The notes: generated by a model not told the origin, from the letters alone. Counted from the first letter of the whole stretch, positions 25,301-39,330 are shown. The stretch: DNA of 61,078 bases, filler included, from Sphacelaria rigidula (GCA_964200075.2; 10 parts of 10 records of this genome joined end to end with filler, not necessarily neighbours in it); one strand, 5' to 3'. Program-made: numbers and translations.

Positions 25301-25740
25301 CAGCCGATTATCGGCATTACGGATGAACTCTTCATTAAGGATGAGAATTAGGAGGAATAAAGTCTTCGTATCCACACCAAATCTTCAAGATATGGCTCCA
25401 TTCCCTCACCCACCGGTAGCTATTGCCAACTGCTACACGCCCTACAAATTTGGATTTCGATAACCGAAATGTTGGGGTCGTAGATGAAGAAACATTTTTT
25501 GGAAATTTAGGTGATCCGATCGGACCGCCGAAATTACCCCTCAAAAATCTTTCACCCGGGACCTCAACATTTCGGTTATCGAAATCCAAAATTTGTGTGA
25601 CGTGTAGTACTTGTCAATAGCTACCAGCAAGTGAAAAAATGGAACCATATTTCCAAGATTGGGTGTGGATTTGAATATTTCGACCGTCCGGGTTCTCATC
25701 TTCAATGAAAAGCTCCATCCTCAATTCCGATGTTCGGCTG
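25301..25740. repeat. Long near-palindromic foldback element (~200-bp arms)
   Basis: GGTAGCTATTG..TTTGGATTTCGATAACCGAAATGTTG is mirrored by CAACATTTCGGTTATCGAAATCCAAA..CAATAGCTACC. Outer arms CAGCCGA../..TCGGCTG. Confidence 0.88.
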
Positions 25741-26949
25741 TTTGTGTATAAATGTATTCGCAGCTCTACTACGACCGTCTGTGAGAGATAATGAATGGGT
25801 ATTTTGGCAGTATTCTCGTGTGACGGGTGGTCATTTCGATATGTGAATGACAGGATTTATTTTCGCTCAAGTCGTGGCGGTGGCACTAAAGGACCTGTAC
25901 GAGTGATGCCACTAATTATTGCTATTGATGCTTTCGTTAAAGAATGACGTCCTTTTTTCGCGTGAATACAACGTGTCTTGTTCAATTCGATATTGGTACT
26001 TCGTTCGATGTAAGAGCGCTACCATATGTTTCTCAGTGACGTGTTTAGAGCGGGTGTTTTCGTTATTGTTGTTGTTTCTGTTGTTGTTGTTGCCGTTGGG
26101 ATCGAATGGGTGCTCGTCCAGGCCCTGAGAGGTCGTTCTGTGGTGTGCTATGAGCGCCGGCACATTTGAATTCTTGAATGTTCTCGCGCTGAAATAGTTC
26201 GGGTCCTTTTCCTTGAGAAGGGACATATAGGGGGTTCCGTTTGCATGGCATGGCATCGCATGGCATGGCATCGCGAACCACCGAGGACTTTAACCGTAGG
26301 GACGGGTTCCATTCGTTTCATGAAGGAAATGTCATTAGAGGGAAACAAAAATGTCGTACATTTTCGGTCATTTTTGCCGCCGGCTACCACATCAGAAACA
26401 GAGGGCAAGATGAGAGTGCCTGTAAAAAATATCATCATCGTGGTCTATGCGCGGATATTGAGAGACTAGGGTCTCCACCGTTTTTGAGAAAATAGAGTAT
26501 CTGGCTTGTACGTGTTTTTTTTCCGTTGATTTGCCTCGTTTTCTTCCCACTGCTTAACTTTGTGCGAGTTTCCTCTCCTACTTTCACAAGATATAGGGCA
26601 GGTGCGATATCAATGTACTGGACAAGTGTTCATATATCTCGTAGGGCGTGTCCAAGCCATAGGCAATTGTTTCCAAGGGATAATGTATGGATACTGCATG
26701 AGATTGCTGTATTGGTGACATTAAAAAGACACACCAGAGACTCTAATTAGCTAGCAGGGCTCTAGTATGAGTGCTGGGCGCAGAATCATGCTTATATTGC
26801 CATCATCAAAGGACTCGAAAACTATATTACTGACAGGTGAAGGAAGTAGGTCCTTAGTGAATATTTGTAAATATAACACGGAGTTGTGGTAGAGTATGGA
26901 AGAAAGGCCACTTATTTTTCGAAAGTGATCGTTTTTTCAAGGGCGCATG

Positions 26950-28750
26950 CGTCTGGGCGTTGCAGTGCGTTGGATGACGCGGTTATTGACCATATAAGGT
27001 CATTTGAGAAAGATTCAAATACGAGCATATGGGAGCTGTTGATGGATGAGAGTCGATAGAGCTATTAGCAGGAGTGATAGCTGACTGAAATGTCAGAGAT
27101 GATCGCGTCTTGAATATTCATGTTATTTCATGATTCGGGTGATGACAAGTGCGTGGCCATGTAGTGTGCGTTGTCGACAACCTGCTCTCTTCAACGCTGT
27201 TGTGTTCCCCTGTCAGCAAGCATCACCGTAGACTTAGGACTAGTGAAGTCATTCCATCAGGGTCTGGGGTACAAGTCTCGTGACAGCCTTGAGATGCTAC
27301 CGTCCTCATCAAATCAGACTTGCCAGTGAGGGATGTTTTTCGGTTTGGGCGAGTGCCCAACAGTCTCATGTTTACATTTCATATTTGATTACTCGAGCTG
27401 GAGAACGAGCAAACCGCTGTTTGAAGTCAGGCGCATGCATGGATGAACAAGGCCACGTTTGTTGATTCCTAGGGACAACGCCTGGGGAACTAGCCTGCTT
27501 GGTTGGGGACCTAGAGAGCCATCACATTACAGTGCACTACCCTGTTGCGGTGTGCAAACACTGCGGGTTGAGTGAAATATGCGAGAGAAGTGAAACGAAC
27601 ACGAGCTCTGATCGCAGTCCCTTAGGGAAGTGGATTGATGAAATTACAAGAAGATTTGCGCGAGAAGCGGATATGTACATGTGAAAAAAATGAATACGCT
27701 GCCTACTGGAATATTTTTTCTTCTTTCTCTGTGTATAAAACGCTGGTCTACAACGCAAATGCCGCCCCTATTTTCTGACGTGCGACGATGTTATACATTC
27801 ACATGGGGCAGTAGTACAGAAGGGCAAGAAGCAGGCTACCATATAGACAGGAGAACTGCCAGAAAGTCGCCGATACATTACTGTTGCCGTGAATGAGCAC
27901 TACACGTACCCGCAGCGTCCGTCTCGTTTTTTCGTGAAGGACATGTTTGTATCCAGCAAAGATGATCGAGCAGCGCGCACTTTTTCATTTGCAAGGTAGC
28001 ATCATTTTCAAAAGCAAGACCGTAACATATTTTTCCCTGCAGCACGTGAGAGTTCATGCCCCTATATTACCTACAAAATGATGACGGAGCAACAGTAAGA
28101 AGTAGCGTGGGTATCAGTCACTGATGACTTCGGTCGGATGACCGCATAGTAAAACCTGAAGCAGCATAAAGTTTCAACGTTGAATCAATGGTGCCGAGCC
28201 CGACATAAACTACAACTGTAAGCTTCATGTCATAAGCAGCTCAAGAATATTTTACTCCGAAACGATATGCGACTTCACGCTGTTGGCCTTGAACCAAATA
28301 CTGCTCTTAAACCTTTCTCACGTGTGACAGAGGATCCTGACAAATGGAAATGAACTCCTCTCATGGGAACGGAAAAATTGAAATGATTCTCAAAGTTGTG
28401 CAAAATGGTATACGCCCTACGCCGGTGGACGGGTAAACATCTCCAACATTCAACGGCTCGAAAGGTTCCAAACGATGGTCTGTGGCTCTTGCAACTTGCC
28501 GACAATGGTTTCGGAAACCATTCTAAAACTTCCATCCGGTTCAACAGTTCCCTCACCACCACAACGGAAAATGCACATGGAACATGCCAACATTGTCTGA
28601 AAGAAGCTGTTATGTGTCCCGAGTCTTCACGAGGAGTATATTCCGAACTTTTGGGCCAGCGGGAAAACAAATTTCAGGCCGGAAAAACAAGCGCTATAGT
28701 GGAACCCATATGTATGAGCGTAATGAGCTCCAGAATATACATGTGAACCG
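26950..28750 (+). pseudogene. Heavily decayed ORF, possibly a RAG1/Transib/Chapaev-like transposase relic
   Basis: Protein-like fragments broken by stops: CKHC, AAYWNIF..GLQRKCRPYFLTC, VSTLNQWCRARHKL, WK*TPLMGTEKLK. Similarity is from recall only. Confidence 0.3.
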
Positions 28751-29362
28751 GAGAAAACAGACTCAGGGGCGGCGCCCGCCAGTGACACACATGAGCGGAC
28801 TCGAAATGTTCAAACCTGTGAAACTGGATCTGCGGCAGCCTAGGCAACGGGGTCTCTGGAAGAAAGAGCTCGGAATAATAGAGCCACACCGCACGAACCC
28901 TGGGTGACCGTTCGCGGAACCGCCGTACCGGGTCGGTCAGTTGTTCTTCTTGCCTATCATCGGCCACGGTCAAATCCTTGCCTAAACGACAAGGAAGAGA
29001 ATCACGGCTCGCTTTTGGAGATGCTTCGGCAGCAGGGCACGACAACGTTGCTTCTTCGGAACCCGTAACGCCACTGCCGCACCCCTGGTGAATCCTAGTT
29101 CACACTGCAGTCCATTGATAATCAACCCGCATTTTGTTTCAACCCTTTAGGAACTAAAATGCTGATTTTTGTTGTGGGAATCTTTGTGAATCGGCACCAT
29201 TTCCCCTTGAAAATGTCTGAAAATAATACCGACTCACCAAAACGAAAACCAGCACTCCCTGGACTTCTAGTTCGCCATGGGTTAAATGGTATCACAACCT
29301 CTGGGCTCGGTTTTTCAACCCTCTGGAGCCTTCAATATCCTCAGTGCCTTGGTGGGATACCA

Positions 29363-29810
29363 TTTCGCGAACTTTTCGAGCCCTTTGGTTTTCTATTCGT
29401 TGCCATAGAAAGAACTCGTTCCCATTTTTTAAGATCCTCTGTTACTGTGAAAATGCGTACCAAGTCCATGGTTAAAACACCCATCAGTATTAGCCCTTTG
29501 ACCGCGAGAGTAGGTCACCTGCTGAATCGATATCAATATCCACTTGAAAAACGTATCGGTGATGTCGATAGGTCACCGGCACCACCACGGTCTAAGGGCT
29601 AAGTAGTGCACAGAGCCAGGGTATGAAGAGATGCTCTCCATTTCGCGAAAATGTCGAGCCCTTGGTTTTCTATTCGTCCTCGTAGAAAGAATTCGTTCCC
29701 ATTTTTCAGGATCCTCTGTTACTGTGAAAAATGCATACCAAGCTCATGGTGGGAATACCCATCAGTAATAAGTAGTACACAGAGCCAGGGTATGAAGAGA
29801 TGCTCCCCCA
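29363..29810. repeat. Local imperfect tandem duplication (~130-170-bp blocks)
   Basis: 29363-29492 matches 29641-29770. AAGTAGT(G/A)CACAGAGCCAGGGTATGAAGAGATGCT occurs at 29601 and 29770. Confidence 0.75.
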
Positions 29811-30491
29811 GCCTACTCCAAAGCCAATTGATGCCTGGTAGCGGATATCTGGTGAAAGCACGGGGGAGAATTCCTGCATGAAACGATTACTTATTTACCA
29901 CTGTATATCACTCAAGGAAAGAATAACCTGGTATATACTTCTGATATCATCAGATATTAACTTCGAAAATGAGGTAACTCCACAACAATGTTTTCCTTGA
30001 CCTACAGTGATGACAAGTGACTTTCATATAGGTGACCTGATGGACCCCGACCTCCCTGATACTGTTTATGGGGATTACCATCTTCCGTTCCCCCAAAGCA
30101 TTTGTGCAAGATGACTTTATCTCTATTTCGAGGCGAAAAAGAGGGCACTTATAGCCCGAAAATGGTGCTTTTGAACGTACCCTTTGGGGGAACGGACCGC
30201 AGGAAAAACCCATGATAGTTTTAGGGAAGTGGGGGGACATGGGGTCGTCATTATGAAGATCAATAAATGTTATAACTTTAGTTCAGGAAAGGCACAGTTT
30301 TGGAGTTGAACCTCATTTATCATTTAACGTCATAAATGAAGATAATCTCTTATGTTGCATGCGGTAGTCAATACACATTTAATCTCACATCCCTGCAAAG
30401 CCGGGTGGGCGGGCACGCCGGCTTTTCGTCGGACCAGGCTCGGGGGGGGTTTGGTTTGGGGTTCCTTTTTTTTGTTTGCTTTGTTTTTTTG

Positions 30492-30591
30492 NNNNNNNNN
30501 NNNNNNNNNNNNNNNNNNNNNNNNNNNNNNNNNNNTTAATTAATTAANNNNNNNNNNNNNNNNNNNNNNNNNNNNNNNNNNNNNNNNNNNN
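30492..30591. other. Artificial scaffold linker
   Basis: 44N-TTAATTAATTAA-44N. Confidence 0.98.
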
Positions 30592-30971
30592 CTTTGCGTC
30601 ACGTGCGAGTTGATAGTCGCAGTCGATCGTGTGGAAACCATCCTTCCGTGTGACGTCCACACATTATTGATGGTAGATGGCACGTACCGCACACAAGGCA
30701 CACAGATGCACACCCATGTTGGCTGCCACACACCATGCCGTGCGTCCACGGAAGCGGTACGGCAGCGATTAGACTGCTGTATTCTTGTAGGAAGACACGA
30801 AGGACGCGGGCAAGGACCTTGTGGTCGGGCACGGGTTCCCTGGTGCCGTCGTCGGCGACAAGCGTACGGGTAGCCATGCCAACTTTCAAAACTAGTTGGT
30901 ACCCGAGGACAAGCGAAACCGCGTTCCCTCACTGAACTGTTTCGGGCGAATTGTCGAAACCCCCCAAATAG

Positions 30972-31020
30972 GTTCAACCCCATTTTATTGTTGAACCCCA
31001 AAAAATAAAATCGGCTGTTA
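30972..31020. repeat. Dispersed repeat end (TTCAACCCC..AAATCGGCTGTT); also ~36825, 42828 and inverted at 61030-61078
   Basis: The motif recurs on four scaffolds. Confidence 0.55.
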
Positions 31021-33740
31021 AAAGCTCCAGATTGAAGCTGACGCACCCCTCTGCACCACGCTAGCAGCAGTTTGGTCACCACCATTGGTATCGTTTTTCA
31101 CTCCGCATGTCAAGAAGGTCTCCACAAGCTTTTGATCTCTCTCTCACACACACCCAACTGGCCGTTGGCAGGCCCTTGTGGTCGGGCGCCATGATGGTCA
31201 GATATGCCACGGTAAAATCAACGACGAATAACACCCCCTCAAGTTTAAATTGAATCATCTGTTATTTTTGCCGCAGCGTACCGTGCTTGCTGGCATGTGT
31301 GTGGCAGAGAACAGTGGTAGCGGTGACGAGAACATTGCCCTGTTTGTCGGCGCACAGAGGCGCATCCTGTCCAAAAAGAGAGGCGGAGAGAAATCGGTCT
31401 TCGCAGTGGTGACCTCTAGGGACAAAGAGACGGAATCTCTCCGCAGCTCGATGTTCTTTGGGGATACCTACCGGCACATGAGAAATCCGGTACGTGCTGG
31501 TAACATGCATGATGCCAGTCTCTCGAGCGATTGGTAATCGCCCAGCGAGGGCACACAACGGACACGGACGAGGAGCTTCCTCTCTGTCATTGCTTCTCTC
31601 TCTGGTGGTATCGTCATCGACGCGCGTGTACGCCGCAATTGTTCGGTGCATTTAGCCACAATTGATGATTCACAGTGGCAGAGTTCTGGGGGGAAATATG
31701 GTTTCGCTCTGTGTTACTGTTTCGCGGCACCCCTGCGAAAAAGGTATACCACTTGAACGTCATTTTTGAGATGGACGCCATTTTTCAGGGTCCGCTGTCA
31801 GTGGCTGATATCGATTGATGAGTAGCGTACAGTAATACCCGGATGGACAGTTTATTTAGTACTGTAATGTTTCTGGAATTTTCGGAACGGCCTCATGGAA
31901 AAGCAGGATTTCGAAACACCCGTTCGGGTGAATGGCAAAAATAAGTTACAGGGCTGTATGGCCACATGCGAGTAGGAGTATTCGTAGAAGGTAATTGAGA
32001 ATTTTCATTTCATGGAAAGTGATCAATTATGATTGGACAGGATTGTCGGATCCTCCCTTACAGGCAGGAAAGTACCAAGGACCGGTACTTGCGAATATAG
32101 CAAGCGAGTGTAGCGTTATTCTGGTCGGATATTTGGCGGGGAACAGGTGGGGAGTCTTCCCGAGTGTATAATGTACCGAGTAATGAGCCGGGGGATCGGG
32201 GATTTTCGCTTTGCACAGCTTTGGGGCATACCCACCTTCGGCATTCTCCCGCATTCTCATTTTTTCTCCTTCTTCACCAGGCTCTTCCTTTCATTTTGTG
32301 TGTGTTGTTTGTTTGGACGATAAGCGCCATCTTCAAAGCCATTATGTGTCTTTGCTTCGAGTGTAGTTAGCAGCACGCTGTGCTCCTCTGAGGACTTGCT
32401 CGAGCCCGTGCCACAAACTACAAACCCTTTTATCCAAGATATTATTCCGTCGAGGCGTAGTTGTTTTTCGAAGAACGCCACATTCGTTTCTACTATTTCT
32501 CGTTAGGCCTTGTCTTATGTAGGCAAACACGAAGCGAGAATCTAAACGGGCGTCGAAATGCACGGTGATTCATCACCACGGGGCGTGATGCCGCGGCGAC
32601 CAATCAACATGCTGCCCTCAGACGCTTCATTCCTCGCTGAAGGGTCTCTGATTGATTGAATTTCACATTTCACTACAAAAATATATCCCCGTGTATGAGT
32701 GTTGTGCCACTTTTGTACCGAAACTTTGCGTGTGCATTATTTCTCGACCGTGGGTGAAGACACCGCCATGAAACTTGGTACACTAGTTTGACACAACACA
32801 GGCAGTATGTGCACCAAGTTTCAGCTCATTTCAGTCAACGAGAAAATTAAACTAAGCGAATACCGACATATCATCGAGTGGCCCTCAAAATGGCTAACTC
32901 GCAGCCCAGGTTCCGTGTACCTTGAGTGAATGCGTATGTGGACACGGGTCGTGCACTCACTTCGATCATTATCTCCTGGGAGGGTACAGTGCAGGCAGGA
33001 GAGATCCTCAGGACGGGAGGCACGGTCGTGTGCGCGCTGTCGCCGCTGCTATGCGCTTAACCTCCAGCAATATGTCATGTAGACCACGATCAACTAGCCC
33101 ATGCGTCTAGATCTAGGGATGGGCGTTGCAGCAGTGCGTGAGGCTTGCGTGAGGGGATGAGAAGGGTTCCAATTCTGTTCCGAAACTTTTTTTTTTTTTT
33201 TCTCGTGGCTGACTGTTTATTCTCGCCAAAAAAGTATCGGCTGCCGCAAGCGGCGGCGGGGTAACGTGGGACGAATCTTCGCCAATCAAACGGTAAGGAT
33301 ATCTCTATGTGGGAAGAAATAAGCTTGTTTTCTGACGGCTGGCACCGCGGCTGAGCGTGTGGTGTACAAATAGCTCCATCATCACACGTGGCCGGTCCGG
33401 CGCTCGACAAACAGGTGAACCGCACAGCCGTGACGACACCGTTTTGCCAATCTTTTTACTCTTGAGTCTGACAGCTTTCATCTACCGGCAATGGGAGCTT
33501 GTTTCATGCCGAGGAATGACAACTGACTGACGTTTAAATAACAATACTGAACGCCGCATTTTCGCTCCAGTGACCAAACCGTCGTTTGTTCTCAGAAGCA
33601 GCACACTCGACAAGCGCAGCCAACCGCGGAAGCAACAGAGATCGTAGTGGCGGTACGCCGCGAGCACAAACAAGGTGCCAATAGACAAGCAACCTCGTGT
33701 CTCATCGACTGTCGTTCCTTGGCTCTCAGGCTCAACAACG

Positions 33741-33987
33741 ATGGCCTCTGACACCGCGGGAAGCTGTGAGCCTAATGTAAACTGGAGCGGTTGCGAAGAC
33801 AGTAGCGGCTACCCTGCGGTGCTCCCGGCATTTTACCTGACCTCAGCGTTGGCATTCGGTGCGCAAGGGGTGGTGTATGTGACATCTATCGTCAAGACCC
33901 TACAGATGCAGCTGCGAGATAAAAACAGAGTCGTCGTCAACACGGCTGTTCAGATGCACATTGGCATCATCGCGTACTCTGTCACTG
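33741..33987 (+). CDS. Probable first exon of an unidentified membrane protein
   Basis: MASDTAGSCEPNVNWSGCED, then hydrophobic segments (AVLPAFYLTSALAFGAQGVVYVTSIV; MHIGIIAYSVT) ending at G|GTACCT. Confidence 0.35.
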
Positions 33988-36609
33988 GTACCTGTAATCA
34001 TGCGGTAAGGCTCTATACTAGTATAATGAGGGTGTATTATTGCGCGAATTATAGCCCCCAAGTTTGTGCAGTGGGAGTCGGGTACCCAAGAGGTTCCGAA
34101 AGTTACATCAATCCTTAATCTCAGTCGGTATGCTTTTTTCTTTTTGTAGTGAGTGTTGTGGGCTCTCAGCTATTTCCATAGCCTAATGATTGCTGCTACG
34201 TGACTGGGCCTCGTCCTCAGTCCATCATAAGAAGTGAAGGTTTGCCCCGTGTTGCACCGTCGATAGGGTCACCTTAGTTACCACCCCTACATTGACAAGA
34301 CACAGCGAAGGTAACGAAGTCGATCATGCATCCAATAACAAATATACGGAAATATATGCGTATGTGTAGAAGATCTTGTAAGATACATCCTCGATTTTTT
34401 CGACTCAATTTTATCGACTCCAACGCACAAATTGATGATAGATATCCCTGCGAAATGACCACCACAAGATATCGGTTTTTGTACAAGCCCAACAGTCATT
34501 CTCCATTCTGCCCTCCGATCTGCGGTCGCACCAGCGCACAGCACAGTTACCTCATGTTGTTGGAAACTCAGCAAGAGACCTTTGTACATGCAGTTAAGCT
34601 GGCTGGGCGCCGTCGTTTGGGGCCAAGGTCGTACTCGTAACCTCAATATACAGTGTATATATGTTCTGGTAGTGCTTCCGACTTCAACGCTGATCATGAA
34701 TTCGCGCCAAGGACGTCTCCACGCAGCACCGAATGGCGGTGCGTGGCCTAGTAGTTGTACAGCGCCGTTTAACTAGAGAATATCGGCAGATATGTCGTCA
34801 TCTATGTGTGCGGTGTTTGAAGAGAGAAGATGCAGTCGAAACGATCATTACACGCAACATTATAAGCACAGCGGTTTTGCCGCGTGCGACTCTTGCTGGC
34901 GAATCCAAGCTGTCTGGGCCTTAGGGCCCTTACTACCAGCACAGTTTTTTGGGAGATAGTTTTGATTGTACGCGTTTTCGCACTTTTTTCAGAACCTTCT
35001 CCCAAAATGAACCGGCGAGATTTTTTCGCCAAGCCTTCACGTTTGGCGAATGCCTGATATTTCGGACCCCAGCACAGTACTCCGCAGAGCTACCCTTGGC
35101 GCACGCCGCGGCGCTCGTAAGCGTGCGAGAATAATCAGGAACCTTGCTAGTGACACCCTGGGCTATGTCGTAGAGTAAAAAGCACCGCGGGTTGGCGGTA
35201 TCTATCTCCTCAGACGATGTGTGCCCCAGCAGTGGTGTTTGAGCTGTTGGGGCCAAGAACGGTGGTCGTCGTTTGTAGACATACGTTCTTTCGAAGCGAA
35301 GAGTAGAAACAATCCAGTAGCTACCCACTTGCCTGCAGTGCTGCTACGAGTGTATAGCTGGTGGTTTGACTGGGTGTATCTGCACGTACAGCTCCCAGAA
35401 ACCGGGCATGCTGCAATCTATGCACGGGGCTTTCTACAGTCGGTATTTTTGTACTTTTACTCATGTGTGCTGCTGCAGCATCCCGAGAGAGCCGGTCGAT
35501 CATGCCCTAGCCTGTCCGACTGCCCCCCCGTGTCACAGAGAGGTTATGAGAAATATGTTCACCACAGTTATGAGTGTCATACACGGGCAGGTAGCATAAA
35601 CATTTTGCCGGCGAAGGCAAGTAAACGACGAGATCAGCACCATCTGTAATGAGATGTCTAACAGGAACGGTAGATCTAGATAATAACGAGCTCTAGGCGA
35701 ATGCCGAAATTTCGGACCTTCCCCCATTTTGTTAATTTGTCGATAATAAAGGCCCTTATAATTGTAATATTACATTATATTAGGACCGTTATTATCGACA
35801 CAGTTTTTTCGGAGATGGCCAAGATTTTTGGTGTTTTTGCACCTGGCGCTTGGCGTTCTCCAAAAATGAAGCGGCTAGATTTTTCGCCAAGCCTTCACGT
35901 TTGGCGAACCAGTCTTACGCCAAAAGAAAAAAAATCGGAACAAAATCCGACATCTTTTCGCCCCAATACGCACGTATACACCGCGCAACCCCAGATTCAG
36001 CAAGATGGGGTTGTTATCTGTAGTCTAGATGGCATGTGGTCGAAGTTTCAGCACGTAAAAGCACTACTAACAGCGCTTCACGGCCGTGTCTCCTGAAATG
36101 AGCACTTTTACAGGCAATACCAAGATAGGCACCGCGTAGAATGACATCATCCAGAGTGTGCGCAATACGGATCGATGCAAGGAGCCCTACATCGGGAAAT
36201 TACGGCACCAGGCCCACCCCCCCCCCTCCCCCCCCCTCCCCCCCCAAGGGGTCGAGAATGAGGAAATGACCACATCAGCCGTGCAAAAACCTTGTTCTTC
36301 CCGTTTCTCAACAAATATACGGAATTAAACGATCAATCGCATCACCTAGGGTCCTCCTCGATATGAGCAGCCCAAAACCGAGGAGTTTTGGTGGGTCAGT
36401 CGTTCTTGTGACCGCAGCTCGGCCGCAGGGGAGCAAATTCGCTGGCTGGATAATGACTGTCGAGTCGCGATGATCGCTGGAAAATGAGTATTGAGTGCGC
36501 TAGCTTCGGCGAGACCGGCGGCCACCGACTTAGTACTTCCGCCAAGCTGCTGTAAACAGTGTTTTCGTGAGATTGAGAGTAGATGATACGATTGAGAGTG
36601 GCTTTGATC

Positions 36610-36709
36610 NNNNNNNNNNNNNNNNNNNNNNNNNNNNNNNNNNNNNNNNNNNNTTAATTAATTAANNNNNNNNNNNNNNNNNNNNNNNNNNNNNNNNNNN
36701 NNNNNNNNN
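36610..36709. other. Artificial scaffold linker
   Basis: 44N-TTAATTAATTAA-44N. Confidence 0.98.
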
Positions 36710-37928
36710 ACCTCCCCGAAATAGTTTCAAGAAGGTCGGGGGGCATGAGGTCGTCCATGTGAAATTCATTGGTCAAGACTTTAGGTCAGGGAAAGCACTG
36801 TTTTCGAGATAAAACTCGTTAAAATGTTGAACCCCAATAACGAATCCAGGCTGTTATTGATGCATACGCGCATAATGTCTTTATCTTCAACCACCGGAAG
36901 CACTCGCGTCATACCTGCTGAGATTCGACAAGCCTACGCATTTCGTACCTTTCAGCTCATTTTCACGCTAACAGCAGGTGTCACCGACTCCTGAAGTCAG
37001 TACGAGCCTACACATTTCGTAGTTTCCGCTCATTTTCACGCTAATAGCAGCAATCCATATACCCTGCGGTCAGTACGTGCAAACTGCATAAATATGATCA
37101 GACTGTGTTCTGCGCGAACAAGATTATACGAGCTTCACTTCATTTAGCGTACAGCAGTATATTGAAAACTGCCCCACCCTAAGGCGTCACCAGATACCAT
37201 TCATACCAGTACCATTTGAGCAAAACTTCGCACATGTCTGCCAAAATTCCACTCAGCAAATGAAAATCCGCACATGCATGTCAATATTTCCCTCTCAATA
37301 TTTCCCTCAGCACATGCAATGCCACCTTTCTCGCAGCAAATACTGTGCATCGTCCGTCCCAACCAGATCAGCGCAACACACACATAACATGCCAAATACC
37401 CACGTGTACGCCAGAGTTTTACCCTGCACACGCGGTACGATCAAACTCGCTCAGCAACCATATTTCATGCGCAAGCATAACCACAAACCACGCAATAACA
37501 AGCTGACATAATTCTCAAAACGATTCGCGAACACCAGTCATGATGTGTTTCCTCATTCTCAACAAGCACTCAATCACCACAGCACTTCCTCCTCAACACC
37601 ATCACCCAACTCGGCGCTCACCACAACAACGAACACCTCAGGTAATGCCTTCTTTGTAGTCCTCCAGCCCACTCCTGATAAACAGCAACACTCGAACCAC
37701 AAGCCCGTGAACAGCGTAGAGCAGCCTTTCCTCACTCACTCCGTGCACCTTCATTCTAGCTACACCTGGCACCCCTATGGTGTAGCTCAACACGCCTCTA
37801 AAAGGTATATTCGCACCGCCAAACCAATGCGACAGATCATCTGTCTCCACAGATACTTGGGCAGTACTGAACACCTGTGCTTCAGTCAGTTTTACTGAGG
37901 AAACCAGAGGCAAAACAGAAACAGCTAC

Positions 37929-39330
37929 TCAGTCCCGAACAGCAACACCTCCTGATGGCACACTGTCCTCCTCAAACACCCCGCGGCGAAACAGTGGAGA
38001 CACCTCCGCCATTGCCGCCAAATACGCCAAAGCTGTCCATGTAAACAGCAGTGCACACGACCACCCCAACACCACGCGACACTCGTCGTCGCCGTCAGAA
38101 GTGTGATCGCTAACAGCATCACGGGCTTGCAGCTCGCTCTGCGTACCCGCTTCACGCGGGTCACACGCCCCTGTTGTTTCGATCATGTAAGACGTGTCCA
38201 CAGCTACGCGTTGCTCCGCCGGCAATTCCGCCAACCCGGCATCCACCTGTCCTTCAAGCAGATATCCCTGCGCATCATCTGAACGATCTTCCGCCGTGTC
38301 ACTGGCGCAGATAGATTCACCCTGAGAATCGCAAGCCCCAAGCGTGCTTTGCTCACTCTCATCACGAAGATTACACCCCCTTGCAGCGGTGAGCATACGA
38401 GGTGTGTCCCCAATCACGCTCTGGTCCGGCGGCCACAAGCAACCTGGACCTTTGCCGCTCAGCGCTAGGTTATCGGAGCAAATTGGCTTCTCGCTTCCAA
38501 CAGCAGCGGCAGCAGCGGCTGGATCAAGTATCCCCGCGTCAGTCAACACCTCCTGCTCAGCGTACTCCTGAACGGCAGCAGCGGCAGCTGAACTGCCTGC
38601 AGTCCGCTTGAGCTGCGTGGCATGTTCGCCCTCTCCAACAGCAATACCAGCAGCATCCAAACCAATGCTTACCGTGGTACTGTCGGCGGGCGCGCTCTCA
38701 TGCCTATCCGTTTTCACAGACACGTGCTGCGTCTCCTCCCCGCTCTGCACAGTGGAAACAGCTGCCCTGTATCGTTGTTTCAAACGCGCAGCACCTACTG
38801 CACGTTCGGCGGGTGCACTGTCGTGCCTGTTCCCTCGGGCAGACACATGTTTCTCGGCTGTCACAGTGCAAGTAGCTGCCCTGTATCGTTGTTTCAAACG
38901 CGCAGCACCTACTGCACGTTCGGCGGGTGCACTGTCGTGCCTGTTCCCTCGGGCAAACACATGTTTCTCGGCTATCGCAGTGCAAGCAGCTCCACCGGAC
39001 GGCGCATGCTTGCGCAGCTCGAAAAGCAACTGCTCATTTCTCAACATCATAATCATGCTTCAAGAACGTGTCGCACAGACATTTCGCCATATGTTTCGGC
39101 ATGAGCTCAGGAACTGCTGCCACCTCAAAGAGGTTTGTCCACCGCGCGTTCACCCGATATACATCTCGCAAAGCTTGCTCGTATTTGCGTAAAAACTCGG
39201 CCAATTTCTCACTCGAAAACTTGCAGTCGTAGTCCGGCATCTCCAGCGACAGTACAGGAACAACATGACTATCGATGATGACATATCCCTGCGCCTCATT
39301 CATTTTAGTCAGCAGTACAGCACTCCACAC
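37929..39330 (-). pseudogene. Frameshifted gag-like ORF followed by a low-complexity region (probable decayed retroelement)
   Basis: Two overlapping ORFs (98 and 375 aa). The helical gag-like start reads PVLSL..EKLAEFLRKYEQAL. No catalytic motifs. Confidence 0.35.
38761..38990. repeat. 114-bp (38-aa) near-perfect tandem duplication
   Basis: GCTGCCCTGTATCGTTGTTTCAAACG starts at both 38761 and 38875. Confidence 0.92.

Noticed and set aside
30599..31651. Minus-strand exon-like segments of an unknown gene
   Set aside because: No recognisable domain, and one implied intron would be only ~22 nt, so a gene model cannot be supported.
32671..34151. CACTA element (CACTACAAAAA...TTTTTGTAGTG) capturing a host exon
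   Set aside because: Only 11 bp match, the 3-bp flanks differ (TTT vs AGT), there are no subterminal repeats, and the right end looks like a polypyrimidine splice acceptor.
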